DNA of 61,083 nucleotides from Candidatus Omnitrophota bacterium. GTDB taxonomy: Bacteria > Omnitrophota > Gorgyraeia > Gygaellales > Profunditerraquicolaceae. The stretch spans positions 1-61,083 of the forward strand of contig JBAZLB010000006.1 in the NCBI GenBank assembly GCA_041650495.1, given 5' to 3'. This document shows positions 45,530 to 55,803 of the stretch, piece by piece. The translations under genes were made by a program, and so were the position numbers. Positions within the stretch are counted from its first letter, which is position 1, and each line of letters starts with the position of its first letter. Below the pieces are notes generated by a model. The model was not told where the DNA came from, searched no databases, and saw nothing but the letters and a program-made list of their open reading frames with translations.

Positions 45530-46633
45530 ATGGGTGAGATAAAATACAAAGTAATCGATTCTATAAATGAAATCCCTCAGGCAGAATGGGAGCGTCTTTT
45601 CCCTGATACTATAGAGGGATACCCCTTCTATAAAACCGTGGAAGAGGCGCACCTTGAGGGTTTCTCTTTTTATTACCTGTTATTATATGAAAAAGGCGCG
45701 CTATCCCTCATCGCCCCCCTGTTCATTACAGAATTCGACCTGGCCATTGCTGCCGAAGGACTGCCGGAAAGAATAATCTCCTGCCTGCGCAGGTTTATGC
45801 CCAAGCTCCTTAAATTAAAGACATTGTTCTGCGGTTCGCCGTTTGGAGAAAACGGTAAATTGGGCATGAAGAAAGACTCAAAGGTTTATAGTATGCTTAT
45901 ACAGTCCTTAGCCAAAGGCATAGAGGATTTCTCCGCAGAGAAGAAAATAAGCCTGACAATCTTTAAGGATTTTCTAAAAGAAGACCTGCCATTCCTTAAT
46001 CCGCTTGAGGATTTGGGATTCTGGAGGATAGAGAGTTTTCCCTCCATAATCACGGAATTGCCTTTTGCCTCCTTTAAAGAATACCTGGAAAGCCTGGGGC
46101 ATGAAACCAGAAAAGGCCTGCGCAGAAAATTGAAGAAGGCCTATGCCAAGGGAGATATAAAGGTAGAAATAAAGAATAGCGTCGAAGGATTAATTGAAGA
46201 CATATACCGCCTGTATTTAAATACGTATACCTCAGGAGACACAAAACTGGAAAGGCTCACCCCCGAATTTTTTCTCTCCGCAGGCAAAAACATGCAGCCT
46301 AACATCAGGTTTTTCCTCTATTATGTCAACGGCGGGCTTGCGGCCTTCAACCTCTGCCTTGTCTATGAAAATTTATTTATTGATAAATTCATCGGTTTCG
46401 ACTATGATATTTCTCGCAAGTACAATCTGTATTTTTTAAGCTGGTGTTTCAACGTGGAATGGTGCATAAAAAACTCCGTTACCAGATACCAGACCGGCCA
46501 AACCGACTATCAACCCAAGATGCAGTTAGGAGGAGGGATCATTCCCTTATACGCCTACCTGAAACACCGTGATCTGACGTTAAATCTTGTTCTCCGCTTT
46601 TTGGCTAAAATCATGAGGCCTAAGGTATCTTAA
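45530..46633 (+). CDS. GNAT/FemAB-like acyltransferase
   Basis: Two GNAT-like lobes; LRRKLKK, GLAAFNLC, GFDYD, YQTGQTDY..KMQLGG. Confidence 0.75.
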   Translation: MGEIKYKVIDSINEIPQAEWERLFPDTIEGYPFYKTVEEAHLEGFSFYYLLLYEKGALSLIAPLFITEFDLAIAAEGLPERIISCLRRFMPKLLKLKTLFCGSPFGENGKLGMKKDSKVYSMLIQSLAKGIEDFSAEKKISLTIFKDFLKEDLPFLNPLEDLGFWRIESFPSIITELPFASFKEYLESLGHETRKGLRRKLKKAYAKGDIKVEIKNSVEGLIEDIYRLYLNTYTSGDTKLERLTPEFFLSAGKNMQPNIRFFLYYVNGGLAAFNLCLVYENLFIDKFIGFDYDISRKYNLYFLSWCFNVEWCIKNSVTRYQTGQTDYQPKMQLGGGIIPLYAYLKHRDLTLNLVLRFLAKIMRPKVS

Positions 46634-46645
46634 AATACTGGGCAT

Positions 46646-47062
46646 ATGCCGGATAAAAGACTTACCTTAAAAATAATATCCCTTCTTATCTTCTCGGATG
46701 TCCTGGAGACCTTTACCCACTTCTGTTTTAAGAAAAGCACCCTCACGCAATTTCAGGCAGTGATCACGGATATCCCCCAGGCATTCGGATTCTTGAGCGG
46801 GGTGTTCTCCTCTCATTTCTTATGGATGGGGATTCTTTCGGTAGTATTGACCTTTATACTATGGTCAGCCGTACTTTCCCGCATTGACCTAAGCGTTGCC
46901 GTACCGGTAGCAAGCTCCAGTTATATCTTTGTCCCGCTGGTATCGATTATCGCGCTGGGTGAAAAAATCAGCCTGATGCGCTGGCTGGGGATAATATTAA
47001 TCGTGCTGGGGGTGGTATTTGTCTCAAAAAGCACCTCAGAAAAGGGCGCCTCTGTAAAATGA
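46646..47062 (+). CDS. EamA/DMT small transporter (ArnE/F-like)
   Basis: LSRIDLSVAVPVASSSY..LGEKISLMRWLG. Confidence 0.82.
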   Translation: MPDKRLTLKIISLLIFSDVLETFTHFCFKKSTLTQFQAVITDIPQAFGFLSGVFSSHFLWMGILSVVLTFILWSAVLSRIDLSVAVPVASSSYIFVPLVSIIALGEKISLMRWLGIILIVLGVVFVSKSTSEKGASVK

Positions 47063-47442
47063 AACCGGGGATACCTTTTATAATATTCCTCATTATGCTC
47101 ACCAGTTTATGCGATACCATAAACCAGATGTTCTTAAAATCCGCCATAAATTCCTTCAGCGGCTCTTGTCTGCGGGATATACGCGGGATCTTCTCTTTCA
47201 TTGCCAAGATAATAATGGCCCCACGGGTATGGATAGGGTTTATTTTCGCTTTCCTCTCTCTGTGTATCTGGCTTTTTGTCTTATCCCGCGCTGACCTAAA
47301 CCTTGCCTTCTCGCTGGACAGCATGCATTACCTTTTTATTGCCGCATCTTCCCGTCTGATACTGAAAGAAAGGGTTGGGCCGCAACGCTGGACAGGGACC
47401 GTATTGATCGTCCTGGGGATAATCCTGGTAAGCCTCAGTTAA
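47059..47442 (+). CDS. EamA/DMT small transporter (ArnE/F-like)
   Basis: LSRADLNLAFSLDSMHY..LKERVGPQRWTG; overlapping start with the previous gene. Confidence 0.82.
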   Translation: MKPGIPFIIFLIMLTSLCDTINQMFLKSAINSFSGSCLRDIRGIFSFIAKIIMAPRVWIGFIFAFLSLCIWLFVLSRADLNLAFSLDSMHYLFIAASSRLILKERVGPQRWTGTVLIVLGIILVSLS

Positions 47443-48371
47443 ACAAGCCCCTTTTTCTGAATACCTAAGGCCTCAAGTATCTTTAGATTGGTTTCTTCAT
47501 TACGCCTGTTTATCAGGGACAAAGGCAGGGTGTCTGCCTGGTTCTTGTGAGGATGGTCCAGATAAGAAGTCAACCTCTTAAACCCCGCGGGTATAGTAAT
47601 AGGGGAATATTCTCCGGTTATATCTACCCCCACTATCTCTAAGTTCTCTCTGATCATCCTGATTAAGAAAAGCAGGCACTCCAGAGACAACATCCCCTCT
47701 TCCCAGTTAGTCAGGGCATATTCTTGCCTCAGGCAATCTTTGTCTATAGAAAGATAGACCCTGTTTACCGGCAGGCGCTTAAATATCCGGTCAAATAATA
47801 ATTTTATATCCAGGTTGGAGAGTTCCTTCCAGTATATGCGCCGGAAAAATAAATAATCCCGCACCTCCAAAGAAACATTATGGGGGATATTGCGTAAATA
47901 TACCCTTGATGGTTTATGCTGCCAGGGGTATATCTCCAGGCGGTCTCTCTCTAACAGAGAAAAATCACCGCCTTCTATGGCCGGGCTTGAAATATCCTTG
48001 GAAGAAACACCCAGGAGCAGGCATTTAAGGATACCCCTTGCCTTCATAGCCCGGTTTACCCATGAACCGCAGGAAAGACAAGGAGAGAAAATATCCCAGT
48101 CCGGATGAAAATCAAACACTATAAGACAGAGGGATTCGCTAAACTGTTTGATGAGAAGGCTGCTAAGATGATGAAAATCTCCGGAGCCTAAAAAGGTAAC
48201 CGCGCTACGCTCTGACCCGGAAATCCTTTTTTCTAAGGCCTCTGTTGTTTTCTTATCCGACCACAACCTCGCCCTCTGCTGCAGGTCCTTGAGGCCTATA
48301 ATATTTGCCTGGTAATTCTCAAGTAATGCCTCCTGTAGCAGGATACTCTGATCAAGGTCCAAGATACGCAA
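47439..48371 (-). CDS. Arginase/ureohydrolase-fold protein
   Basis: GSGDFHH, FDFHPD, YLSIDKD metal motifs. Confidence 0.75.
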   Translation of the reverse strand: MRILDLDQSILLQEALLENYQANIIGLKDLQQRARLWSDKKTTEALEKRISGSERSAVTFLGSGDFHHLSSLLIKQFSESLCLIVFDFHPDWDIFSPCLSCGSWVNRAMKARGILKCLLLGVSSKDISSPAIEGGDFSLLERDRLEIYPWQHKPSRVYLRNIPHNVSLEVRDYLFFRRIYWKELSNLDIKLLFDRIFKRLPVNRVYLSIDKDCLRQEYALTNWEEGMLSLECLLFLIRMIRENLEIVGVDITGEYSPITIPAGFKRLTSYLDHPHKNQADTLPLSLINRRNEETNLKILEALGIQKKGLV

Positions 48372-48401
48372 GGTATTACTTAACAGCCTGCCCTCCCCAT
48401 T

Positions 48402-49106
48402 TTACCCTTTGTTTCCCGTGTATATTAAATTCCTTTTAAAATAACGATATATGTCTTGCATGCTTCTATAGGCTATATAATCCATCTTTTTCTTTCGGGC
48501 ATACCTCAATAAATGCTCCTTAGCAAACACTATATCCGCATGCCTTGAGGCACAGATATCGGACAGGCCGTCTCCTATATAAAAAACCTTCCCTGTCAGG
48601 GGGGTATTCTCTAATATGCTCTTTTTCTTACAATGAGCGCAAAGGCCGCACTCCTTATTCTTGCGGGGGAATCGCGGTATCAGCTTATCCTGCGACAGTT
48701 TAAGGCTGTTAGCATAGAAATCCATCCGGCTTATGCCGTTATTCTCCAATATACTGCGCAATATATAATCAAAGTTGTCGCTTAATATTACCCTCTTGAT
48801 ATTGCAGCGGGAAAGAAGCCCGATCAGCTTCTTGAAATAGGGGTCTATTTTAATGCCTTTAAGATATTCATCCAGCTTTCTTTTCTCAACGCGCAGCGTT
48901 GATATCTGGCCCTTCAAACACTCCCTTGAGCCAATCCTGCCTTCCTGCCAGGCCTGCTCTAACCCCTGCCACTTAGTATTGCAGGAAAAATTAAGCAGCA
49001 TGTCATCAATGACATCTACTGTAGTGATGGTATTATCAAAATCAAAGAAAACAACGCTGCCGCTGATTTTTTCCTGTTTTTGCCTATTCCTGTGATGTCT
49101 TACCAT
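48402..49106 (-). CDS. MtnX-like HAD-IB phosphatase
   Basis: FFDFDNTIT, ILSDN, CAHCKK, IGDGLSD. Confidence 0.85.
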   Translation of the reverse strand: MVRHHRNRQKQEKISGSVVFFDFDNTITTVDVIDDMLLNFSCNTKWQGLEQAWQEGRIGSRECLKGQISTLRVEKRKLDEYLKGIKIDPYFKKLIGLLSRCNIKRVILSDNFDYILRSILENNGISRMDFYANSLKLSQDKLIPRFPRKNKECGLCAHCKKKSILENTPLTGKVFYIGDGLSDICASRHADIVFAKEHLLRYARKKKMDYIAYRSMQDIYRYFKRNLIYTGNKG

Positions 49107-49127
49107 AGATTACGCAAAAATGTTGGT

Positions 49128-50039
49128 TTACCTTGTGTCGTTATGCCGGGCCAAATAGCTAAATACACTGAGGGCAGCCTTCGCCCCTTCTCCGGCGGCA
49201 ATAATAATCTGCTTCTCCGGCACATCGGTAACATCCCCGGCGGCAAATACAGCCGGCAGATTAGTTTCATTACGGGGGTTCACCTTAATCTCGCCAAGCT
49301 CATTCTTCTTGAGTCCTTTAGCGAATTCTGAATTGGGGATAAGCCCTATCTCCACAAATACCCCGCCCAAGGCCAGCACTTCCTCCCTGCCCTGCCTCTT
49401 TATCTTTATACCGTTTACCATCTTATCGCCCAAGATAGCCGTAACCTCGGTATCATTAAGAATAGTCACCAGGCTGCTCTCACCAGCCTTCTTACACATT
49501 ATTTCATCCGCGTTTAAACTACTGTTAATATTAATAAGATAGACCCGGCGGGCGATCCTTATCAATTGCAGGACAGCATCCAGGGCAGAATTCCCCCCTC
49601 CGATCACCGCAACTTCCCTGCCTGAAAATAATGGCCCGTCGCAGGTAGCGCAATAAGTCAGGCCCCGGTTTTTAAACTCCTGCTCACCCGGGACATTTAA
49701 TTCTTTAGTCCTCTTGCCGGAAGCAATAATTACCGTTCTTGCCGCATATTCAGATTTATCGGTTACTACTGACACGGCTTTGCCTTTTACATCTAAGCTG
49801 GTTACGCTCTCGTTTTCCCGCACGGGTATATTATACCCGGACATGTGTTCCTGAAACTTAGCGGCCAATTCCGGGCCGCTGATAAACTGATACCCGGTAT
49901 AATTTTCCACATCTCCACTCCAAGCTGCCTGCCCTCCCACATCGCGGGTAATCACCAGGGTGTCTATTTTCTTACGCGCGGCATATACGCCGGCGGTTAT
50001 ACCAGAGGGGCCTGCGCCGATAATTATCAGATCCAGCAT
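49128..50039 (-). CDS. trxB: Thioredoxin-disulfide reductase (TrxB/AhpF-C-like)
   Basis: IIGAGPSG, YCATCDG, GGGNSA, AAGDVT. Confidence 0.88.
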   Translation of the reverse strand: MLDLIIIGAGPSGITAGVYAARKKIDTLVITRDVGGQAAWSGDVENYTGYQFISGPELAAKFQEHMSGYNIPVRENESVTSLDVKGKAVSVVTDKSEYAARTVIIASGKRTKELNVPGEQEFKNRGLTYCATCDGPLFSGREVAVIGGGNSALDAVLQLIRIARRVYLININSSLNADEIMCKKAGESSLVTILNDTEVTAILGDKMVNGIKIKRQGREEVLALGGVFVEIGLIPNSEFAKGLKKNELGEIKVNPRNETNLPAVFAAGDVTDVPEKQIIIAAGEGAKAALSVFSYLARHNDTR

Positions 50040-50041
50040 AC

Positions 50042-50281
50042 CTACCCCAGCCCTAATATTTTTCCTATCTTTTCTTTGTCAAACCCGATAACAATATCCC
50101 CGTCTATCTCTAATACCGGCACCCCCATCTGACCGGATTTCTCAACCATCTCCTGTGCCGCTCTCTGGTCTGAGGCAACGTCTATATCCTCAAATTTAAT
50201 ATTGTTTTCTTTTAAAAACTGCTTGGTGCGGATACACCAGGGGCAAGTCGGCGTACTGTATACCTTTACGTTCTTATCCAT
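50042..50281 (-). CDS. Glutaredoxin-like protein (NrdH/YruB)
   Basis: YSTPTCPWC, GQMGVPV, GFD. Confidence 0.9.
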   Translation of the reverse strand: MDKNVKVYSTPTCPWCIRTKQFLKENNIKFEDIDVASDQRAAQEMVEKSGQMGVPVLEIDGDIVIGFDKEKIGKILGLG

Positions 50282-50294
50282 ATCCCCTCCTTTT

Positions 50295-50771
50295 TTAAAG
50301 CATGCCCTTTAAACCCTGGAGCTGACGAAGGTGCTCCTGCTCCTGCGCAATGAGTTCATCCAAGACCTTATGGTCATATTCAGGCACTGCCTTCTTCATA
50401 CCCTCGTAGAAAACAATAGAATCCTTCTCAAAGCCTATACCTAAACCTATAGCCTCGTCTTCGTTTTGTACCTTAGAGGCTATTTCTTTGCCTTTATCTT
50501 TTACCGTAAAGATACAACCGCTGGCTAATTCCTTCATATAGGCAAAATACTCATCCGCATCCAGGCCCTGCGGCTCATACGCTCCTAATCCAGCCAGTAT
50601 GCCCTTAAAGACAGTGATGTGTTTTTCTTCTTCTAGGGCCAGGTAACGAAATAACTGCCTGCCTTTTTCTTCATTAGTCTTATCTGCTAAGGCGCTGTAA
50701 AAATCCTGACCGTTCTTTTCAATCTGAATCCCCAATTCTACTATTTCGCTGCCTGAAAATATATTGCCCAT
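50295..50771 (-). CDS. Ferritin-like / rubrerythrin family protein
   Basis: EKNGQDFY..LALEEEKH; EKDSIVFY..QEQEH. Confidence 0.85.
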   Translation of the reverse strand: MGNIFSGSEIVELGIQIEKNGQDFYSALADKTNEEKGRQLFRYLALEEEKHITVFKGILAGLGAYEPQGLDADEYFAYMKELASGCIFTVKDKGKEIASKVQNEDEAIGLGIGFEKDSIVFYEGMKKAVPEYDHKVLDELIAQEQEHLRQLQGLKGML

Positions 50772-50773
50772 AG

Positions 50774-51244
50774 CTACACCCCTTCTTTTAGATGTTCCGG
50801 AGTCAAATCTACTACCTTTTCTATGCCTGCTACAATGAGGTATTTTGGCCTGGGTAAGAGCGCCTCCGGATGCCTCAGGTGCCCTCTTTCGCCGCGGATA
50901 TTCTTGATAAGCCTTTGGCTGATTCTACTGGCAAGCCTATCCTCCCAGGAACGCATAATACCGGATGGTATATCGCCCATACGGACTATCTTTGCTTTTC
51001 CTTGCAGGCAATAACCTTTGAATTTATGTTCATCTACAGCCGTCAGGCTGATATGAGGATTTTTTTTAAGATTACTCAAGGTATGATTACGGTAAAGGTC
51101 CAGGAGATAAACCTCCCCGCTTGTCTTTATCTCTACTATACCTTTACAGGAATTATGTATATGGCCCTTCCTGCCCAAGGTTGAAACAACCACATAACCC
51201 TGATTTTGAAAGAAATGCGCCACCTCTCCTGAGATCACGCTCAT
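50774..51244 (-). CDS. Pyridoxamine-5'-phosphate oxidase-like FMN-binding protein
   Basis: [21 protein letters not shown]. Confidence 0.75.
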   Translation of the reverse strand: MSVISGEVAHFFQNQGYVVVSTLGRKGHIHNSCKGIVEIKTSGEVYLLDLYRNHTLSNLKKNPHISLTAVDEHKFKGYCLQGKAKIVRMGDIPSGIMRSWEDRLASRISQRLIKNIRGERGHLRHPEALLPRPKYLIVAGIEKVVDLTPEHLKEGV

Positions 51245-51399
51245 ATCTTCTCAAACATATCCTTGCCTACGCCGCAATCCGGGCAAACCCAATCAGCAGG
51301 AAGCGCCTCAAAAGAGGTCCCTGTTTTTATCCCGTGCTCAGGATCTCCCCGGGCCGGATCATATATATAACCGCAAACTGTACAACGATATTTTCCCAT
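51241..51399 (-). CDS. rub: Rubredoxin (52 aa; missing from ORF track)
   Basis: [52 protein letters not shown]; SD GAGGAGG. Confidence 0.95.
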   Translation of the reverse strand: MGKYRCTVCGYIYDPARGDPEHGIKTGTSFEALPADWVCPDCGVGKDMFEKI

Positions 51400-51429
51400 T
51401 ATCTATACCCTCCTCTTTTTATAGATTAG

Positions 51430-52614
51430 CTATAGCGCCTGAGCGATTTTCTCCCCTAATGCATAGCATTGGCGCAACTCCCCTGCATCCGGGTTATAGC
51501 GCACAGATATAGACGGCTGCATAAAATCTATACCGGACTTATTTATTATATCTTCCATGCCCCTGAGCGCGCCCCCTGCCCAGCCATAAGAACCAAATAC
51601 CCAAGCCTTTCTCTTCTTAGGCCTTAGGCCCTTTAAGAACTCCAGAAAAGCCGCCATATTAACCAGCATATCGTTATTGTGCGTGGAAGAACCGAAGATA
51701 AAGACCTCGGCATCCAGCATCTCTTTAATTACTTCCGTGCGCTCGGATAAGGCAATATCAAAGAGCTTGACTTCTTTGCCCTTATCCATCAGGCCTTGCG
51801 CAATCATCCTGGCCATTTTTTCAGTTGAACCCCACATTGTCTCATAAACAATGACTGCCTTAGGGATGGTTGCATTCCTTGCCCAACCCAGATACGCATT
51901 GATTATTTTCTGGGGGTCTTTGCGCCAGATAACCCCGTGGCTGGGGGCAATCATATCTATGGGGATATCCGACTTCTGGACTTCTTCTATCTTCTTGAGT
52001 ATAAGTGAGCTTAATGGCCAGAGTATGTTCCCATAATACTTCGCGGCCTCATCCATCAGAGCTGAGACGTCCACTTCATCATCAAACCTTGCGGAAGTAG
52101 CATAGTGCTGGCCAAAGGCATCATTAGGCATAAGTAGTTTTTCCTGAAGGCAATAGGTAAACATACTATCCGGCCAGTGTATCATCGGCGCCTCCAGGAA
52201 AGAAAGGGTATGCCTGCCCAATTCTAAAGTGTCCCTGCTTTTGACTATCTTAAAATCCCAATCGCCGTAATAATAACGGTACAGCCCCTCCTTGCATTTC
52301 TGTGTGCCCAGAACCTTTGCCCTGGGGCAAGCTTTCATCACCTCAGGTAACGCCCCTGAATGGTCCGTTTCCACATGGTTAGCAATAATATAGTCTATTT
52401 TCTCCAAGGGAATAACCTGCCGGATATTTTCAAGCATCTCCTGGGCATAAGGGCCCCATACCGTATCTATTAAGGTTGTTTTTTTATCTATAATCAGGTA
52501 GGCGTTATAAGTAGTCCCCCTTCTTGTGGAATAGGTGTGGCCGTGGAAGTTACGGACATTCCAGTCAATAGCGCCTACCCAGAATATATCTTTTTTTATT
52601 TCGATTTTAGGCAT
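51430..52614 (-). CDS. fprA: Flavodiiron protein (FprA/NorV-like)
   Basis: GTTYNAYLI, NHVETDHSG, HWPDSM, APSHG, YETMWGSTEKMA. Confidence 0.93.
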   Translation of the reverse strand: MPKIEIKKDIFWVGAIDWNVRNFHGHTYSTRRGTTYNAYLIIDKKTTLIDTVWGPYAQEMLENIRQVIPLEKIDYIIANHVETDHSGALPEVMKACPRAKVLGTQKCKEGLYRYYYGDWDFKIVKSRDTLELGRHTLSFLEAPMIHWPDSMFTYCLQEKLLMPNDAFGQHYATSARFDDEVDVSALMDEAAKYYGNILWPLSSLILKKIEEVQKSDIPIDMIAPSHGVIWRKDPQKIINAYLGWARNATIPKAVIVYETMWGSTEKMARMIAQGLMDKGKEVKLFDIALSERTEVIKEMLDAEVFIFGSSTHNNDMLVNMAAFLEFLKGLRPKKRKAWVFGSYGWAGGALRGMEDIINKSGIDFMQPSISVRYNPDAGELRQCYALGEKIAQAL

Positions 52615-52624
52615 TATATCCCCC

Positions 52625-53020
52625 TTATTCAACCTCTATTCTCTGCACATTCTCCCACAGCCCGTGTATATTACAGTAAGAAGAGACGGTTAACATCCCC
52701 GCTTTGTCAGCCCGGAAGCTAAACGCCGCCTCTGGCCTGGTATATACACTGCCAAGATTTGGCCCTTGCACAGATTCGCCGTGGGCAGTAAATTCAAACC
52801 TGGCCAACTGAACAGGAAAACGCTCCCCCTCTGCCAGAAAATAGGCTTCAACCCACCTTATGTGGTGCTCGGTAGTATTGGGATGAGGTATTTCTTTGCC
52901 TATCGTTACTTTGGCCTCGATAAAATCCCCCTTCTTTGCCTTCCCCGGCGCCTCTATAACCGGGACGTGTTTCTCTTTTTTCCAATCCGCAGACTGAAAT
53001 AAATCTCTCATACCTGACAT
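52625..53020 (-). CDS. sor: Superoxide reductase (1Fe, neelaredoxin type)
   Basis: EKHVP, HPNTTEHHIRW, CNIHG. Confidence 0.92.
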   Translation of the reverse strand: MSGMRDLFQSADWKKEKHVPVIEAPGKAKKGDFIEAKVTIGKEIPHPNTTEHHIRWVEAYFLAEGERFPVQLARFEFTAHGESVQGPNLGSVYTRPEAAFSFRADKAGMLTVSSYCNIHGLWENVQRIEVE

Positions 53021-53037
53021 AACCCAGCCCTCCCTTC

Positions 53038-53754
53038 TCAATAACCTATAAAGCTTTCTGTCTTAATCATATCCTGCCTAACCTGCGTATCCTTGAACAG
53101 CCCCCTCATCGCCTCTGTCATCTTAGGAGGGCCAAAGATATAAAACACCGTCTCTCCTATATCGGGGATATTAGAGAAGACCAGTTCTTTTTCTATCCTG
53201 CCGAACCTGCAATCCCCACTTTTGGAGGGACAATCGGTAAGGGTATGTATGACCTTTATACTACTCAAGAGGCCCTGCCAGGCGTCTAGTTCTTTGCGGA
53301 AGGCAATCTCTTCCTCTGTGCGGTTTGAATAAAAAAGATGGACAAGTGTATCGAGCCTTTTTTCCACTATATATTCCAATATAGAAATAACCGGAGTAAT
53401 CCCTATGCCGCCGATTAAAAAAGCGACTTTCTTATATCCCTGGCGAAAAATACAGTTACCAAAAGGCCCCTGCAGAGAGACTTCATCCTGCGGCTTAAGG
53501 GCCTTTAACCGCCGGGAAAACTCGCTTTCACTGAGCCTCTTGGTCACCTCCACATACTCTTTGCCCGGGGCGGAAGAAAAAGAAAGGTATTTGTTCACCT
53601 CTTTATTGTCCGGATCATCCGCATCAAAGAAAAACCTGAGAAACTGCCCGGGAAGAAAATCGATTTTCTTTTCCGGCAGGAAACGAAAACTCTCTACTGT
53701 CGGCGTCCTCTTAATCCTATCTTTTAATACTGCCCGGTAAATACCGACTGCCAT
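53038..53754 (-). CDS. FAD-dependent NAD(P)H oxidoreductase (FNR family)
   Basis: FLPGQF, GPFG, GGIGITP, FYSNR, FGPP, ESFIGY. Confidence 0.85.
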   Translation of the reverse strand: MAVGIYRAVLKDRIKRTPTVESFRFLPEKKIDFLPGQFLRFFFDADDPDNKEVNKYLSFSSAPGKEYVEVTKRLSESEFSRRLKALKPQDEVSLQGPFGNCIFRQGYKKVAFLIGGIGITPVISILEYIVEKRLDTLVHLFYSNRTEEEIAFRKELDAWQGLLSSIKVIHTLTDCPSKSGDCRFGRIEKELVFSNIPDIGETVFYIFGPPKMTEAMRGLFKDTQVRQDMIKTESFIGY

Positions 53755-54704
53755 TATAAGCCTGCCTTCTGGATAGCCTGCCTTAACTTCGCTGCCGAAC
53801 ACTGCAGGCTGCCTACCTCTTCTTCATTCAGTTTAAGCCTCAATATATCCCTGAGCCCGCCCTTGTTCAATACTGCCGGAAGGCTTAAGTAAATTCCCTC
53901 CACTCCGTAATAATCCCTTACATATGAACTGACCGGCAGGACCGAGTTTTCATCCTTTAAGACCGCTTCCGTAATCCTGGCCAGGGCCAGGCCTATGCCG
54001 TAAGAAGTCTCCCCCTTATTTTCTATGATTTTATAAGCGAAGTCTCTGGTCTGGGTAAAAATACTATCCAGGGTTTGACGGTAATCCCTGCACCTATTGC
54101 AAACAGGGCAATAATCCTTAAGGAATGTCCCCCCTATTAAAGCCGTGCTCCAGGCAGCAAATTCGCTGTCCCCATGCTCTCCCAGTATATAAGCGTGTAT
54201 ATTACGGGCATCTATATTGCAGTGTTTAGACAAAAGAAACCTCATCCTGGCGCTGTCTAAGACAGTCCCGGAACCGATAATCCCTTTTGAGTCTTTACCC
54301 GAAATCTTATAGGTAGCATAAGACAATATGTCTACCGGGTTTGTAACTACCAGCCATACGGCCTGCGCTGCATACTTAGTGAGCAGGGGGATAATTTTTT
54401 TGAATACCTCTATATTATCCTTAAGGAGTGAGATCCTGTCCTGGCCCGCCTTTTGCTTGGCCCCTGCGGTAATAACTACAAGGTCTGAACCGGATAAGTC
54501 CGTATAATCTCCCGCGCTTATCTGGACAGGATAAAAATAAGGCATACCGCTGGCCAGATCCATTACCTCTGCCTCTGCGTGTTGTTTATTCAGGTCTACA
54601 ATGACCAATGACCGGCATAACCCTTGCATCATCAAGGCATAGGCATATCTTATACCGACATTACCCGCCCCTATTATGGATACTTTCGGCCTTAGATCAT
54701 CCAT
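53754..54704 (-). CDS. ldh: L-lactate dehydrogenase
   Basis: IIGAGNVG, GAKQK (Gln specificity residue), VTNPVD, LDSAR, LGEHGDS, GETSYGI. Confidence 0.9.
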   Translation of the reverse strand: MDDLRPKVSIIGAGNVGIRYAYALMMQGLCRSLVIVDLNKQHAEAEVMDLASGMPYFYPVQISAGDYTDLSGSDLVVITAGAKQKAGQDRISLLKDNIEVFKKIIPLLTKYAAQAVWLVVTNPVDILSYATYKISGKDSKGIIGSGTVLDSARMRFLLSKHCNIDARNIHAYILGEHGDSEFAAWSTALIGGTFLKDYCPVCNRCRDYRQTLDSIFTQTRDFAYKIIENKGETSYGIGLALARITEAVLKDENSVLPVSSYVRDYYGVEGIYLSLPAVLNKGGLRDILRLKLNEEEVGSLQCSAAKLRQAIQKAGL

Positions 54705-54708
54705 ATCC

Positions 54709-55803
54709 TTACAAACCGCCTTTCAAGGTCTTCTCGGTGATATTCTGGATTTCTTTTTTTAATGAATCCGGCAGGCCCAGGACATTTACGTCCATAAAAC
54801 CCCTGACAATTATAGATTGGGCCTCATTCCTGGCAAAGCCGCGGGAGCATAAATATTCTATTTCCTCCTTATTTATCCTGCCTATAGCTGCCTCATGAGA
54901 CATATCCACATCCCGGAAATCCGATTCCATCTCAGGGATGGCATGGATTGTCCCTTTTTCCGAAAGGATTAAACCGCGGCATTCCAGGTGGGCCTTTATT
55001 TCTTTGGCCTGCGCCTTCAGGTGGCCGCGGGCAATAATTTTTCCCCCCAGGCTCACTGCGCGGGCAATAATCTCCGCCTGGGTAGAGGGGGCTGCCAGAA
55101 TGACCCTGGAGCCGATATCCTGTAAAGAACCGGGATGCGATAAAATAAGGGAATTAAAACTGGCACGGGCGCCCTCACCCGACAAGACCGCTGTCGGATA
55201 CATATTAATGTCCTTGACCGGCCTTAAAGACACATAGTTGGAAATGAAAGTAGCCTTCTCTTCCAATAAGGCTATGCTCATCGGCTTGACCGATACGTCC
55301 TCTTTCCAGGAATGTATCATGGTAAAATTCAAATACCCGCCCTTTTTAATAAAGAACTCCGATATGCCCAGATGAAAACCTTCGTTTGCGGAATGTGAAG
55401 AAGAACACCCGGTGATAAGATAAACCCTGGCATCCTCTTCGATAATAATGAGGTTATGGACTTTCTGCTTGAAGCCTTCTGCCTTAAGAAAGAGGCATGC
55501 CTGAACAGGCAGCTCTATGGACTTTCCTTTCTTGACCCGGATAAAATATCCACCCTCTGTATCCTGCGGGAAATCCCGGGAGAGTAAACGAAAGTTCTTG
55601 CCGTAATAATCCCCTGCCTCAGGGTATTTTTTTAACGCCTCTTCTGTGGTAAGTATGTCTATGCCGTCTCTAAAGGCCTGGTATATTTTTAGCCGGCTGT
55701 CCTGCTGGAAGAAACTGGCGGAACGTAAATCCCCGGATAAGTCTATCCCTGAAGAGGCAATAGTATCTTTGTCTTTAGCTTCTAATTCTAATGGTGCGGG
55801 CAT
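54709..55803 (-). CDS. sufB: SufB/SufD-family Fe-S assembly protein
   Basis: HLECRGLIL, AIPEMES, MSHEAAIG, YLCSRG, IVRGF. Confidence 0.85.
   Translation of the reverse strand: MPAPLELEAKDKDTIASSGIDLSGDLRSASFFQQDSRLKIYQAFRDGIDILTTEEALKKYPEAGDYYGKNFRLLSRDFPQDTEGGYFIRVKKGKSIELPVQACLFLKAEGFKQKVHNLIIIEEDARVYLITGCSSSHSANEGFHLGISEFFIKKGGYLNFTMIHSWKEDVSVKPMSIALLEEKATFISNYVSLRPVKDINMYPTAVLSGEGARASFNSLILSHPGSLQDIGSRVILAAPSTQAEIIARAVSLGGKIIARGHLKAQAKEIKAHLECRGLILSEKGTIHAIPEMESDFRDVDMSHEAAIGRINKEEIEYLCSRGFARNEAQSIIVRGFMDVNVLGLPDSLKKEIQNITEKTLKGGL

Noticed and set aside
48402-49106. Calling the HAD gene mtnX of methionine salvage
   Set aside because: No other mtn genes nearby; its context points to the orphan tailoring cluster, so no gene symbol is given.
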